A DNA stretch of 64,000 nucleotides from Vicugna vicugna (lineage: Eukaryota): assembly GCA_013265495.1 (NCBI GenBank), contig MU058769.1, positions 520,477 through 584,476 of the forward strand, read 5' to 3'. The notes under the pieces were generated by a model. It did not search any database, was not told where the DNA came from, and saw only the letters and a program-made list of their open reading frames with translations. Below are positions 1 through 13,610 of this stretch, piece by piece (the first letter of the stretch is position 1; every line of letters starts with the position of its first letter). The position numbers and the translations under genes are program-made.

Positions 1-499
1 TTTTGTTGTTGTTATTTAGTCTTCTCTAAACCAATGCAAGATCGGACACTATTTTTAAAACTTGGAAGCATTAATGTAGAAATAATATTATCTGTTTTAT
101 GGTTTCTCCAAAACTGAGGGGCTTGCTTGCATAGAACGAACAAAATAAGTAGGTCCAGACTGACCTTAGGTTTTAAGACCCATAATGTGCATTTTCCTTT
201 TAAAGACAAATATTCTGAGAAATAGTCTAATCTTCCTATGCCAGAGGAATGAAGTTCCCTTCCTGTACCTACCAGGAAAATCAACGGCGCAGGAGACAAA
301 TAAGTAAGTTGTAATGTATTATGCTAAGTGCTAGCTAGAGCTGCTCACAATGTTAAATAGGAAAGAGGGAACAGGCATCTAAGTCATACTAGAGGAAAGG
401 CTTCCAGAAGGAGGGATGCTTAAGCCACTTAATCCCTGAGGACAAACAGCATTCAGCCAAATAGAGAGAAGTGGAGAAACAGATCTAGATTCCATATTT

Positions 500-680
500 A
501 AAAACTGGATGATCTGAGGAAAGCTACTTAATCTCTCTAAACCCCAGTTTCCTCACCTACAATATGAAATGATAAAAGTATTTCTTTTGGAAGGCCATGT
601 GAAGACTAAATGAGACAATGTATGTAAAGTACTTAGCACAGTGCCAGGACATAGTGTAAACCCAACCAACAAAAATATTA
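500..680 (+). mobile_element. MIR SINE remnant
   Basis: MIR core cagtttcctcacct...aaatgagacaatgtatgtaaagtacttagcacagtgcc. Confidence 0.75.
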
Positions 681-1106
681 TTAACACAGATTTATGGGTC
701 ACCATGCTGCTTTCTCAGACCTGCAAGTATTACATAAAGCTACAGTGTAAGGCACTCACAGAAAAGTGGCTAGAGAGAAAGCTAAAGATTAGTGGAGACA
801 GGATCATAAAACATCCTGCGTACTAACTAAAGTAATAGGAACCTTGTAAATGATTTTCAGAAAGGAGTTACATCATCATATTTCTATTTTGAAAGAGTAC
901 TTTTGCTACACAATGTAGATGGCTTAGAGAAAAGATAAAATAGAGACAGAGACATCAACTAGGAAAAAGATGAGGTAAACACTCTGGCTGTAGAATGAGG
1001 GGACTCTGATCCAAGAGGCATTAAGGAGGTAGAATCCTTGAGACGTGGTGACACAGGAGATATGTCTGATGATCGGGAGAAGAGGACACCAGATGACCAA
1101 AGAGAA

Positions 1107-1620
1107 AAGCAGCTCTTAAAGCGTGACCTGGTACCCCTGGGAATTTCCAAGACTTTTTCATGGGATATGCAAGGTCAAAACCACTTTTATAGTAATATTG
1201 AAACCTTATTCACCCTCTTCACTCTCATGCCCTCACAGGCAAGAGAGCATTTTCCAGACGCTACATGACATGTAATACCACAACTCACTGAATGAAAAGG
1301 CAGACATGAGAATTCATCCGTATTCTATTAACCCCAACACAAAATTAATATAAAAATGAAAAACAATGATACATTTCTCACTAAATTTTGTTGCTGTTGT
1401 TATGGGAAAAATTTTTTTTTAATTTTTTAAAATTTATGTTAACATGTAATGGATTTATCATCATTTTTAAATCAATTAATAATGGCTTTTATTTCTCAGT
1501 TTTAATTTCTAATACATTAATATTCATAGGTATAACCTACATAAAAAAACCTCTTTTGGGGGCCTCAGCAATTTTTGAGTGTAAAGAGATTACAATACCA
1601 AAAAGTCTGAGAACATTTGG
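1107..1620 (+). mobile_element. hAT-Charlie (Charlie1-related) non-autonomous DNA transposon remnant
   Basis: Shares sequence blocks with the copy at 60588-60930 (ttttccaga.gct.., atttctcagttttaatttctaat, 3' tgagaa end) and with the 5' end of the copy at 18524. Confidence 0.65.
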
Positions 1621-3669
1621 AGTAGATATTTCCACCATTAAGATATGAATACTGAAGAAGAAACCAGTTTGGAAAGAAAGAAAGATAATAAAATTCTGTT
1701 TAAAACATGGTAAATGTGATATGCCTACGGGCTAACAAAATCAAAGTGCCCAATAGGCAGTAACACTGATGGGACTGGATATCTAGACCACCAAACTGTG
1801 ACAGAAGTTAAAACCTCAGATTTTAAAAGGCTAATGCACAGTGAGAACAGTGGTGGCAAATTAGCAGAGGCAGATTAGCAGCAGACAAGGTTAGAGAGGT
1901 TAGCTGAGGCCTCAGGACACACCAATATTTAAGAAATAAAGAAGAGTAAGAGAACTCCATATAGATGGAAAAGGAAAGTTATAAAAAGTAGAAATAAAAA
2001 TGAAAACTAAAAGACTATACCACTAGCCATAAATTAAAGAGGAAAAAAAAAGCAGTTCAGGGCTTTGAAGAAAAGCAAAACACCAATCCATCATTAATAA
2101 CAGTTGGGAAAAAAAGAAAAGATCAATGAAATCCAGCATTAACTACAAAATCTCATTTTAGCCAGGAGTTTCAACTTCTTCTCATCCAATACTTTTTTCT
2201 TATCAGAGTTACTCATAGATAATAGAATGATTTCAGGTTTGTCTTCTTTGCCTTCTTTGTTTACCCTCTGGAGGAAATGCAAACAAGAAAATGACCAAAA
2301 GGATAGAGACAGAAAGAAAAAGAAAGATCCTAGATGAAACATACGAAGAGAACTGACTGAAGCAGTGGCTCAATGAAGATGCATTCATTCATTCAAGCAA
2401 CAGATACTCACTGGGGAACCATTCTGTGCAAGACATCATGATAGACACAGCTGAAAAACAGCTGACTAATAACATACCAAGCTATGCCCTTGGTTTATCA
2501 GCAGAAGCAACAGACTGGAAATAGAAATAAAGCTTTCCTGATGAGACTAGCATAAGCAGAGGCAGCTCTATTCCAAAGATGGCTCTAGGAGATTCCTGGA
2601 GCTCAAAGTCACCCAATTACTGAAATGTGTTCTTATTTCACAAAATAACTCCAAAGAAATATTTTCTTCATGTGTTTGATAGCTACATGGTCCTGTGGCA
2701 ATGCTAAGTCTCATGAATTTTTACATAGGTAAGCGCAGCTCTGAAATGCAGAGAGAAATCTTTAAGAAACCTTTGTACATATATTAAATCATGAACTCTG
2801 ATGTAAGCTCCAAAACTAATACTAAAGGTCAAAGGAGAATTATCTAACTCGATGCACTTAGGCTGAAAAAGGCTGCTTTAATTAGCCAACTCTACCCCTT
2901 TAAAGGAAAATGTGATTTTTTAAAAATATGGTCATTCTTTCAAGAAAAGGACTATAAGACTAAGAATAGAGAAACGGCATATGAAAATACCCAGAATCTA
3001 GCATCACATCCAAAGAGAACCTGGACAAGAAAGGATATATTATCACACACAGACTGTCACAAAAATCTTTTCACACCATCATTGTGAGCTATCATAGCTG
3101 ACCTATTTCTAGCTCTAAGCCTGTATCTGATTGATTTGCGAACTTCTGGAAATAGCTGGGCTTCAAGAGACACTGAACTACATCAGAAGTATCTTTTTGT
3201 CTGAGTTATATTTAGCCTCCATTCCCCATCTCACCCCTGCTCCTTTTTAAAAAGAAACTGAGAAAGGAAGAATTTTTGGACAGTGGTTAAAAACAATGGG
3301 TGTTCCTAATGTTACCGAAAACTTCGGGAGTGGAGGTGGGGATTTCATTCCTGACTAACTTGGAGTAACAAGGATCATATTTATCTTCCTGGTAGAAACA
3401 ATTGGGAAAAAAAAAGACAAAATTGTGAAACAATGGTGTTTAAGACACTGGACATCAAGCAATGAAAGACAGTGATTCCCGAGAGATGGAAAACAAGTAC
3501 GGTAAGCCCTGTGATTACCCAAGCTTAATGCCTAGAGAGCATTTTCAAGAAATGTCAAAAGAAAGGGAGAATCTAAGGGGAACCCACCAAGAGACCAACA
3601 CGCTCCCTAAGTGAAGAACACAGAAGTGAGGGTCTGAGAAAGCAAAGGAGTCTAGAGTTCATAGAAAAG

Positions 3670-4770
3670 AGTAAGCCACAGACTAGAGAAAATATTTGCA
3701 GACCACATATCCAACAAAACACTTATATACAGAATATATAAAGAATTCTCAAAACTCAACAGTAAAGAAACAAAAAATCCAAACAGAAAATGGACAAAAG
3801 ACATGAACAGACATATTCAAAATCATTAACCATTAGGGAAATACAAATTAAAACTACAATGAGGTATCACTACACATAAATCATAATGGCTAAAGTAAAA
3901 AGTACTGTCAATACCAAATGCTGGCAAGGATGCAGAAAAACTGGATCACTCATACATAGCTGGTTGGAGTGTAAAATGGTACAGCCACTCTGGAGAAAAG
4001 TTTGGCAGTTTCTAATAAAATGAAATACGCAATTAACAAGCCACCTAGCAATTGTACTCTTGGACCTTTATTCTAGAAAAATAAAAACTTTATGTTTAGA
4101 CAAAAACCTGTTCATGAATGTTTGCAGTAGCTTTATTTATAACAGCCCAAGATGGGAACCAACACAGAAGTCTTTCAACAGGTGACTGCTTAAACAGACT
4201 CGGGATAGTCATACCATGGAACACCACTCAGCAATAAAAGGGTACAAATTATTGATACACGCAACAACTTAAATGGCTTTCAAGGGGGTTATACTGGGGA
4301 GAGAATCTTAAAAGGTTACATACTACATGATTCCATTTAAATAAAATTTTGAAATGATAATATTATAGACATGGAGAACAGATTAGTTGTTGCCAGGGTT
4401 ACAGATTTATGAATGTCGTGGAGGGAGGTAGGATAGGAGTAAAAGAGCAACAGGAAAAATTCCTGTGGGAATGGAACTGTTCTGTATTTTGATGGTGGTT
4501 GTAGATACACAAATTCACACGTGACCAAATTCCACAGAATTACACATGCATACACACACACAGGAATACATGTAAAACTGGTGAAATATGAATAGACTGT
4601 ATAGATTAAACCAATACCAATTTCTTGGTTTTGATGCGGTCCTATAATTATACAAGCAGTTACCATTGGGAGAAAAAGGGGGAATGGCACATGAAAAAAT
4701 GCTGTACATTTTCTTTTACAGCTTCTTGAAAATTATACTTACTTCACAATGAAAAGTTAAAATAAATGAC
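3670..4770 (+). mobile_element. Old L1 (L1M-type) ORF2 end + 3'UTR
   Basis: gactagagaaaatatttgca...aaatggtacagccactctgg...gagaacagattagttgttgccaggg are typical L1 3' motifs. Confidence 0.8.
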
Positions 4771-4956
4771 TGAGAAATGATACAGATTATAGGATTAGTA
4801 AAGAAAGACATTTAGAAAATTATTATAACTATATTCCACATATGCAAAAAATCTAAAGCAAAAAGTAAGCATGTTAGGTGGAAGAAGTAAAAAGTCTCTG
4901 ATATGTTAGAGATAAAAATATACTATGTAAGACTAACAGCAGATTAGAAATTGCAA

Positions 4957-5113
4957 CAAAATATATACAAGATCTTGTGGTAGCTCACAGCAAAAAAAAA
5001 ATGTGACAATGAATACATGTACAGTTATGTATAACTGAAAAATTGTGCTCTACACTGGAATTTTACACAACATTGTAAAATGACTATAACTCAATAAAAA
5101 TGTTTAAAAAAAA
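4957..5113 (+). mobile_element. Young 5'-truncated L1 3' end with A-tail
   Basis: Flanked by an 11-bp TSD AGAAATTGCAA (4946-4956 / 5114-5124). AATAAA precedes the poly(A); related to the copies at 26281, 37280 and 44714. Confidence 0.85.
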
Positions 5114-5124
5114 AGAAATTGCAA

Positions 5125-7100
5125 TAGAATAAATCAGGGGGGAAAACTTGAGAAACAAGCAACAGAAACTAACAAAATTAAAAGAAAGAAAAAAAACCTG
5201 AAATAAAATGAACAAATCATCAGTGAACTGTGGGAAATTCTCAAATTGCCTAATATATGTCAGTGGTATTTCCAAAGAAGAGAAAAGAAAAAATATTTAA
5301 AGAAATAGTAACTTTGAAGTTTCCAAACTGGAATAAAACTATACATACACAGATTCAAGATGCTCAAAGAAGAAAACCAAGACACATCATTACCAAACCA
5401 CCTAAAGAAAGTAATATAGAGCAAATCTTAAAAGTAGCCAGAGAGAAGGACTTATTACCTATAGAGGAACAAAGATGAAGATGACAACAGAATTCTCATT
5501 AAAAACTAATAAAGTTAGAAGACAATGGAGTGGTATCTTAAAGGACTGAAAGGAAAAAAAACTGTCAACCAAGAATTCTATACTCACAGAAAATATCTTT
5601 CAAAAATAAAGGCAAAATAAAGACTTTTTGAGATACTAAAAAACTAAAAGAATTCATCACCAGCTGACTGGTCCAAGTCCTTCAGGTTGAATGAATATGA
5701 TAACAGATGAAAATGTGGATCTAAACAAAGGAATGAAGAGCACCATAAATGGTCACAATGTGGTTAAGTATAAAAACTCTTAAAAAAAAAAACTTTTTGC
5801 TCATTAAATATCTTTTAAAAATAATCAACTCTTCAGAGAATAATTTAAAATACATTGTATAATTTATATAAACAAGTAAATGTATGACCAGAACACAGCA
5901 AAAGCCAGGTGGGAAGAAAAACGAAGTATATGTATTGTAAAGTTCTGACACTATACACGAAGCAGTATAACACTACCTTGAAGCAGAGTGTATGGCCCAC
6001 GTAGAAGAATGGAAATCAAAAGAAACTCACTTAGGAAGCCCAAACACTGGATTTCCAGACAGACTTTAGATCAGCCATTTTAAATAAGATCAAAAGAGGA
6101 AAGAGGGAAGGAGGAAGGGAGGAAAAAAATTCAAAAGTTAAGAAAACCATGAATAAAGAAGAAAAAGCATGAAAACAGTGTCTCACCAAAAATAGAATAT
6201 TAGTAGAAAGACAAAAATTTAAAAAAGGAATCAAACAGAAATTTTGCAGTCAGAAAGTACAAATAATGGAAACGAAAAACATCAGCAGAGGAGTTCAAGA
6301 CGAGATCTGAGCAGGCAGAAGAAATAATCAACAAACTTGAAGCCAGGTCAATTAGGCTGTATCTGTCTGAGGAACAAAAAGAAAAAAGAATGAAAAATAA
6401 TGAGCAAAGCCTCAGAACAGAGCATAATAAATTCCTATTGGGGGGTCCCATGACAGGAGAGAAAGGGAAAGAAAGAATATTTAATAAAATAATGGCTAAA
6501 TTTTTCTCAAGTGTGATTAAAAAAACTAAATCTACAAATTCAAGAGGCTCATCAGAAACCATGGAGGTCAGAAGGCAATGGGAAAATACATCAAGTGCTG
6601 AAAGAAAAAGACTGTCAACCAAAAATCCTACATTTAGCAAAACTATCTTTCAAAAACAAAGGAGAAATTAAGGCATTCATAGATAAAAGTGAAAGAACTC
6701 ATAACTAGCAGAACTAGTCTACAAGAAATACTAAAGACAGCCACTCAGGCTGAAATAAAAAGACTCTAGGCAGTATCTCAAATTCAAATGAAAAAATTAA
6801 AAGTACTGATAAAGGTAACTACCTACGTAAATGTAAAAGACACTATAAGTTTTTTGTTTGTAACTTTCTGTCTATCTTATTTAAAAGACAACCAAATAAA
6901 TCTATGATTATAAATTTGTGCTGATAGGTACACAAAGTAAAAAGACATAATTTGCATGTAATAGCACAAGAGAAAGAGGGAACAGAGCTATATAGGCACA
7001 AATGTTTGTGTACTATTGTAATTGAGTTGGTATTAATCAAGCTACATTGTTAAAAAATTAGATGTTAATTGTGACCCCCAAAACAATCACTAAGGAAATA
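5125..7100 (+). mobile_element. Degraded L1 ORF1/inter-ORF fragments
   Basis: Remnant translations IQDAQRRKPRHII...ILKVAREK and MEVRRQWENT...KTIFQ resemble L1 ORF1p. Confidence 0.75.
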
Positions 7101-7212
7101 ACTCAGTTTCATAGAGGGAACCTGCAAAATCCCATAAATAACATCCTACTAAATGGTGGAAGACTGAATGTATTCACTCTACACTCAGAAACAAGACAGA
7201 GATCCACTTTTG

Positions 7213-7392
7213 GATAGAATGCATGCTTAGCATGCATGAGGTTCAATCCCTAGTACCTCCATTAAAAAAATAATTAAATAAACAAACCTAATTACCTCCC
7301 CCCTCCAAAAAAATTAAAAAATAAAATAAAGTAGAGCAGGGCTCAGCAAATGTTAAAAAAATAGTAAATTTTTAAAAAACATTTTAAAAAAA
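7213..7392 (+). mobile_element. tRNA-Ala-derived SINE (camelid Vic-1-like), 5'-truncated, with extra 3' segment
   Basis: gcatgcttagcatgcatgaggttcaatccc body; 13-bp TSD AGATCCACTTTTG at 7200-7212 / 7393-7405. Confidence 0.85.
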
Positions 7393-8675
7393 AGATCCAC
7401 TTTTGCACTGGAGGTTCTCGCTACAGCAATGAGGCAGTAAGAAGAAACAAAAGGCATCCAGATTGGAAAAGAAGAAGTAAAACTATCTCTATTTGCAGAT
7501 GGCATGATCTTGTATCTAGAAAATCCTAAGGAATCCACTAATATACAAGTTCAGCAAGTCTGCAAGATACAAAGTCAATATACAAAAAAATATTATATTT
7601 CTATACACAAGCAATGAACAATCCAAAAGTGAACTTAAGAGGAAAAAAATTTTACAATAGTAACAAAAATAATACTTCTGTATAAATTTAACAAAAGAAG
7701 TGCAACAGGGTAGGATTTTTTAAAAGTGTAACTTGTATATTGAAAATTATAAACAATTATTGATAAAAATTAAAGAATATCTAAATAAGGATAAAGATAT
7801 CTTATGTGCATGAATTCGAACACTTAATATTGCTAAGATGGTTACACTCCCAAAACTGATCTACAGATTCAAAGCTATCCCTATCAAAATCCTAGCTGGC
7901 TTTTTTTTGCAGAAACTAATAAATTGATCCTATAATTCACATGGAAATGGAAGGAACCTAGAATAAACACCATAATCCTGAAAAAGAACAACAAAATTGG
8001 AGGAATCACATTTCCCAAGTTCAACTAAGTACACAAAGCTACAGTAATCAAAACAGTATTGTAGTGGAATATAATTGAAAGCCCTTACCTTTATGGTCAG
8101 CTGATTTTTTGACAAGGGTGCCAAGACAATCAAATAGGCTAAGGAGAGTCATTTCAACAACTGGTGCTGGAACAAATGCATAGCTACACATAAAACCATA
8201 CCTCACACCATATAAAAAATTAACTCAAAGAGGATCATAGATCTATATATAAGAACTGAAACTATAAAACTCTTAAAAGAAAACATCGGAATAATCTCTG
8301 TGACCTCGGGTTATTCAAAACCTTCTTAGCCACAACACTAAAAGTATAAGCAACAAAAGGAAAAATAGATTAAGTGGACTTAATTAAACTTAAAACTTTT
8401 GTCTGTAGGCAAAACCATCAAGAAAGTGAAAAACCCATGGAAAAAATATTTGCAAATCATACATCTGATAAGGAACTTGTACTCAGAACTCTTAGAAATC
8501 AATAATAAAAAAATAAGTTATCCAATTATTTAAAAGGCAAAGGATTTAAATATACATTTCCCCAAAAAGATATATAAGCATCCAACGTGTACATGAAAAG
8601 ATGCTCCAACATCACTAGTCATCAGGAAAATGCAAATCAAAACATGATGAGATACTGCTTCACATCCACTAGGAT

Positions 8676-9070
8676 AGAGACAGGCTGGAACCTGGGCCCC
8701 TTTGCTGCAGTGCCTGCACCTGAACAAACATCTTGAGCAACAGAATAAAAAGAAATTATAAGGGACTAAAAATAACTGCATGCATGGGCAGCAGGGGCAA
8801 ATTATGCACAAGACACAAAAAGACCAAAAACCCAACTGCCACTTCTGAGGTGTTGGGAGCAAAAGCAGGGTACAGCGCATGATCCCTGAACACAGCCCCA
8901 CCAAGGGGGCGGGCTGACCACCTAAGCCCTCAGGAGCAAGCAAGGGAAACTGTTACTTGTTCTCACTCCCTCCTACTGCAGCACAAGTCCCAGTAAGCTT
9001 GCATGAATTTCTTGTCTGGCCTCTTATCAATTTTTATTATTACAAAGTCCAAGAACCCAGGTCACCATCA
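8676..9070. mobile_element. Solo ERV LTR (ERV1-like), 395 bp
   Basis: GC-richer block that splits the L1 at cactaGGAT|...|GGATggcta (4-bp TSD, 8672-8675 / 9071-9074) and ends in CA. Confidence 0.75.
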
Positions 9071-9789
9071 GGATGGCTAGACTTAAAAAGACAGATAACA
9101 AGAAGTTTGATAACAATAGATAAATTGGGACCCTCACACATTGTTGGTAGGAGTATAAAATAGTGCAACCACTTTGAAAGCGGTTCCTCAAAAAGTTAAA
9201 CATAGTGTTACCATATGATCCAGCAATTATACTTCTGGGTATACACCCAAGAGAAATGAAAACATATTTCCACATAAAAACTTGTACATGAATTTTCATA
9301 GCAGCATTATTCATAGTAACCCCAGAAAGTGAAAACCTAAAAAGTCCACCAACTGATGGATAAATGAAATATGATATATCCACACAACAGAATATTATTC
9401 AGTCATAATAAAAAACAAAGTACTTATTCATGTTACAGCCTGGATGAATCTTGAAAAAAGTTATACTAAATGAAAGAAGCTGGCCATAAAAGGTCACATA
9501 TTGTCTGATTCCTTTTATAATATATACCTATACTAGGCAAATTCACAGAGACAGAAAGCAGATTAGAAGTTACCAAGGGATGGGGGAGAAGGGAATGGGG
9601 AGTGATTAGTTAATGGGTATGGGGTGGTTATAGAACAATGGAAAAGTTTTGAAACTAGAAAGTGATAATGGTTGCAGAACATTGTAAACAAACTAAATAC
9701 CAATGACTTGTACACTTGAAAATTGTTAATTGTGTATTATGTCAATTTACCTCAAAAAATAAAGAGAAAAAATTAACTTGGGAGTGGGA

Positions 9790-10320
9790 AAGAAGTATAT
9801 GACTATACAAAGATTTGTATACAAATATACACAGCATAGTTTTATTCGTAATTGTCGAAAACTGGAAACAACCCAAATGTCCATCAGTAAGTAAATGGAT
9901 AAACAAATTGTTAAAGCTATACAATGGATCACTACTCAGCAATAAAAAGGAATGAATTATTGGTACATGCAACAACATAGATGAATCTCAAAAAATTATG
10001 CTTAATTAAAAAGCCAAACCAAAATAAATAAGTATGAGAGTATATGATTTATGATTACATTTATATAGAATTCTGGACAATGCAAACTAGTCTATAGTGA
10101 CAGAAAATAGACCAGTGGTGGCCTGTAGACCACAGAAGTTGGAAGAAGGATTACAAATGGGGAAAAGGAAACTTGTTGGGGTGATAAATACGTTCATTAT
10201 CTTGATTGTGGTGATAGTTCATGGTGAACACATATGTCAAAATTTAACAAATCATACATTTTAGTATGTACAGTTTACTATATGTCAATTATTAAAAGCC
10301 TCAATTAAGTTCTTCCTTGA
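9790..10320 (+). mobile_element. Old L1 (L1ME/MD-like) 3' fragment
   Basis: aactggaaacaacccaaatgtccatcag...ttatcttgattgtggtgat. Confidence 0.7.
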
Positions 10321-10729
10321 AAAATGTATTAGGGCAATGTACTCACGTTGGCCACTAAATAATTGATAAGATAGTAGTAACGCAGTTCTACTTTACCTTG
10401 CTGAGTGTGCAGACAACTCTTGGCAAAATTAAACACAGAGAACCACTTAAAGTAGCATATAAATTTGAATTTTTGTAAACTTAAAAATACTTCCATTAAC
10501 ATATATTATAATTTCAGAAATGCTCAATCTTCATTTTTGACTGATCTTCAGCTGGCAGTGCCAGAAACCCTGCCAGCTCTGACAAGTATAATAAATGTGA
10601 TCTGTAAACAAGCATTTAGAAAGCTCCTACAAGAAACCCTAGTAAGGTTCCTTAAACTTGAAAACTGAATAGTATCTCAAGTGTGATGAATTCAACAAAG
10701 ATTCCTATTACCTATATTAATCACCTCTT

Positions 10730-10833
10730 TTATTTTTAATTAAAAAAAATTTTAACAGAGGAACTAGGGATTGAACCCAGGACCCCATGCATGCCAAACA
10801 CGCACTCTACCACTGAGCTATACCCCCTACCCA
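10730..10833 (-). mobile_element. tRNA-Ala-derived SINE
   Basis: Reverse complement reads gggggtatagctcagtggtagagtgcgtg...gggttcaatccc (A/B boxes). Perfect 16-bp TSD ATATTAATCACCTCTT at 10714-10729 / 10834-10849. Confidence 0.9.
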
Positions 10834-11204
10834 ATATTAATCACCTCTTAAGAATTCCCCAATTATAGATACTTACCTTTTATAGATATTTACTCAAAAA
10901 TTTTTGAACGATTTCTAAACATTCTACTTTCTAAAAATTTTAAAAAGCTTTAAGGTTAAAAACCCTAAGCTGAATTTTCCTTTATCAAATGTCCATTGTT
11001 TTAAAGACAAAGAGTATGATGTATTCACCAATGAGAAAAAGTTATGGAAATGAGGATGAAGTTCAGCCAATCAAAACAATTTCACATTCATGATATTTAT
11101 GCGAGGTGAGGAATGACATCATCTACACCAAGCTACCATCATCTCTCACTTTGACTATAGCAGTAGCCTTTTTTCATTTTTTAATTCAGCTGAATTCAAT
11201 CTTG

Positions 11205-11372
11205 ATAGACTCCCCGAGTCTCAATTTCTTCATCTATTAAATGTGTACAAAAACACTCCCAACCTAATGAGGTTGTGTGAGGATTAAATGAGATTATGGG
11301 TAAAGCACTTAGTTTGTTGCCTGGTACATAAAAAAAGTGCTCTGTAAATGTTACCTATTATTACCTGAATAA
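11205..11372 (+). mobile_element. MIR SINE remnant
   Basis: tcaatttcttcatct...gtgtgaggattaaatgagat...gtaaagcacttag. Confidence 0.75.
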
Positions 11373-11844
11373 ATGTTCAGCCTCCATGAGCCCAGTGCTG
11401 GAATGGCATCACATGTAAGTAACAAGTCTAACCTCAAAAAACAAAAAAAAAAAAAAAAAGAAGTTAAAAGCAATTTCAACTGTAATATATTAAGACTCTC
11501 AAAGAAAATAAAGAGATCCATTTCAAAATCCACAGCAGCTTCTTCATATCTTCTTGCCCAATTCCTTTTGCTCACAATAATTCTCATAATCCTACACTTT
11601 GCCCTGAACCCTCTATATCCATCCCTTCTCACAATTCACAATAAAACACTATTCATTTGGTTCTTTACCCTTTATTGACCCTTTCTACTTAGCAATTCTT
11701 GGTCCATTTTCTAATATAAATAAATCATCCAGCCATACTCCTTGAACTTCTTCAGCTGTATTTTTACTCATTATCCTGTCACACAAGACAAATCTAGAAA
11801 CTGAGCTAGCAGATTTAAAATCTCTCTTGGTAGGTAAGAAGCAT

Positions 11845-13610
11845 AGAGGCCAATACTACCCAAAGCAATCTACAGATTTAATGCATCCCTATCAAATTAC
11901 CCATGACATTTTCCACAAAACTAGAACAAATAATCCTAAAATTTGTATGGAATCATAAATAAAACACCCAGAATTGCTTTGTTCTCTGAAAAGAACAAAG
12001 CTAGAGGCATAATCTTCCCAGACTTCAGACAATACTCTGAAGCTACAACAATCAAAACAGCATAGTATTCACACACAAAAAACAGACATATGGATCAATG
12101 GAACAGAACAGAGAGCCCAGAAATAAATCCACAACATGTACGACAGTCAATTAATCTTTGACAAAGGAGGCAACACCACACAACAGAGAAAAAGATAGTT
12201 TCTTTAGCAAGAGTAGTGTTAGGAAAGCTGGACAGCCATGTATGAATTAATGAAGTTTGAACACTCCCTCACACCATACACAAAAATAAACTCAAAATGG
12301 CTTAAAGACTTAAACTTAAGACAGGACACCATAAAACTCCTAGAAGAGAACATAGGCAAAATATTCTCTGACACAAATCGTAGATTATTTTCCAATGTCA
12401 GATTCCCAAAGCAATAGAAATAAAAGCAAAACTTAAAAAATGGGACCTAGTCAAACTTACAAGCTTTGGCACCGCAAAGGAAAGCATAAACAAAACGAAA
12501 AGACTATCTACAGACTGGAAGAAAATATGTGCAAACAATGCAACTGACAAGGGACTAACTTCCAAAATATAAAAACAACTCATACAACTCAGTAACAACA
12601 ACAAAAAAAAACAACAACTCAATCAAAAAATGGGCAGAAGATCTAAATAGATATTTCTCCAAAGAAGACATACAGATGGCCAACAGGCACATGAAAAGAT
12701 GCTCAGCATTGTTAATTATTAGGGAAATGCAAATCAAAACTACAGTGAGATATCACCTCTCACTGGTCAGAATGGCCATCATTATAAGTAATAAATGCTG
12801 GAGAAGGTGTGGAGAAAAAGGAACCCTCTTACACTGTTGATGGTAATGTAAATTGGTACAGCCACTATGGAACATAGTATGGAGGTTCCTTTAAAAACTA
12901 AAAATAGAGTAACCATATGATCCAGCAGTTTCACTCTTGGGCATATATCTGGAGAAAACTCTTAATTCAAAAGGATATATATACATGCATATCAATGTCT
13001 ATAGCAGCACTATTAACAACAGTCAAGATAAGGAAGCAACCTAAATGTCTACTGACAAATGACTGGATTAAAAAAATGTGGTATTTATACAGAATGGACT
13101 ATTACTCAGCCATAAAAAAGAGTGAAACAATACCATCTGCAGCAACATGAATGGAGCTAGAGATTATCATACTAAGTGAAGTAAGACAGAGAAAGACAAG
13201 TATCATATGTATCATATGCTATCCCTTATATGTGGAATCAAAAAATGATCCAAAGAACTTATTTTCAAAACAGAAACAGACTCACAGACATAGAAAATAA
13301 ACTTATGGTTACCAAAGGGGAAAGGGGAAAAGGGGATAAATTAGGAGTCTGGGATTAGCAGATACAAACTATTATATATAAAATAAATAAACAACAAGGT
13401 CCTACTGTGTAGCACAGGGAACTCAGTATCTTGTAATAAACTTCAATTCAAACTGAATTCAAATTCAGTATCTTGTCACTAACTATAATGGAAAAGAATC
13501 TGAAAAAGAATTCATGTATGTGTGTGTGTATAAAACTGAGTCATTTTGCTGTACACTAGAAACTAACACAACATTCTAAATCAACTATACTTCAATTAGA
13601 TAAATAAATG
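11845..13610 (+). mobile_element. L1 3' ~1.8 kb (ORF2 C-terminus + artiodactyl-type 3'UTR + tail)
   Basis: atactacccaaagcaatctacagattt...cagactcacagacatagaaaataaacttatggttaccaaaggg...tagcacagggaact...actatacttcaat. Confidence 0.9.

Larger units (their letters stand above)
7100..9770 (+). mobile_element. L1 (L1MB-like) ORF2 RT/C-terminal region + 3'UTR, interrupted by a SINE (7213-7392) and a solo LTR (8676-9070)
   Basis: ggcatccagattggaaaagaagaagtaaaactatctctatttgcagatggcatgatc encodes the RT LFADxM motif, followed by a typical L1 3'UTR. Confidence 0.88.
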
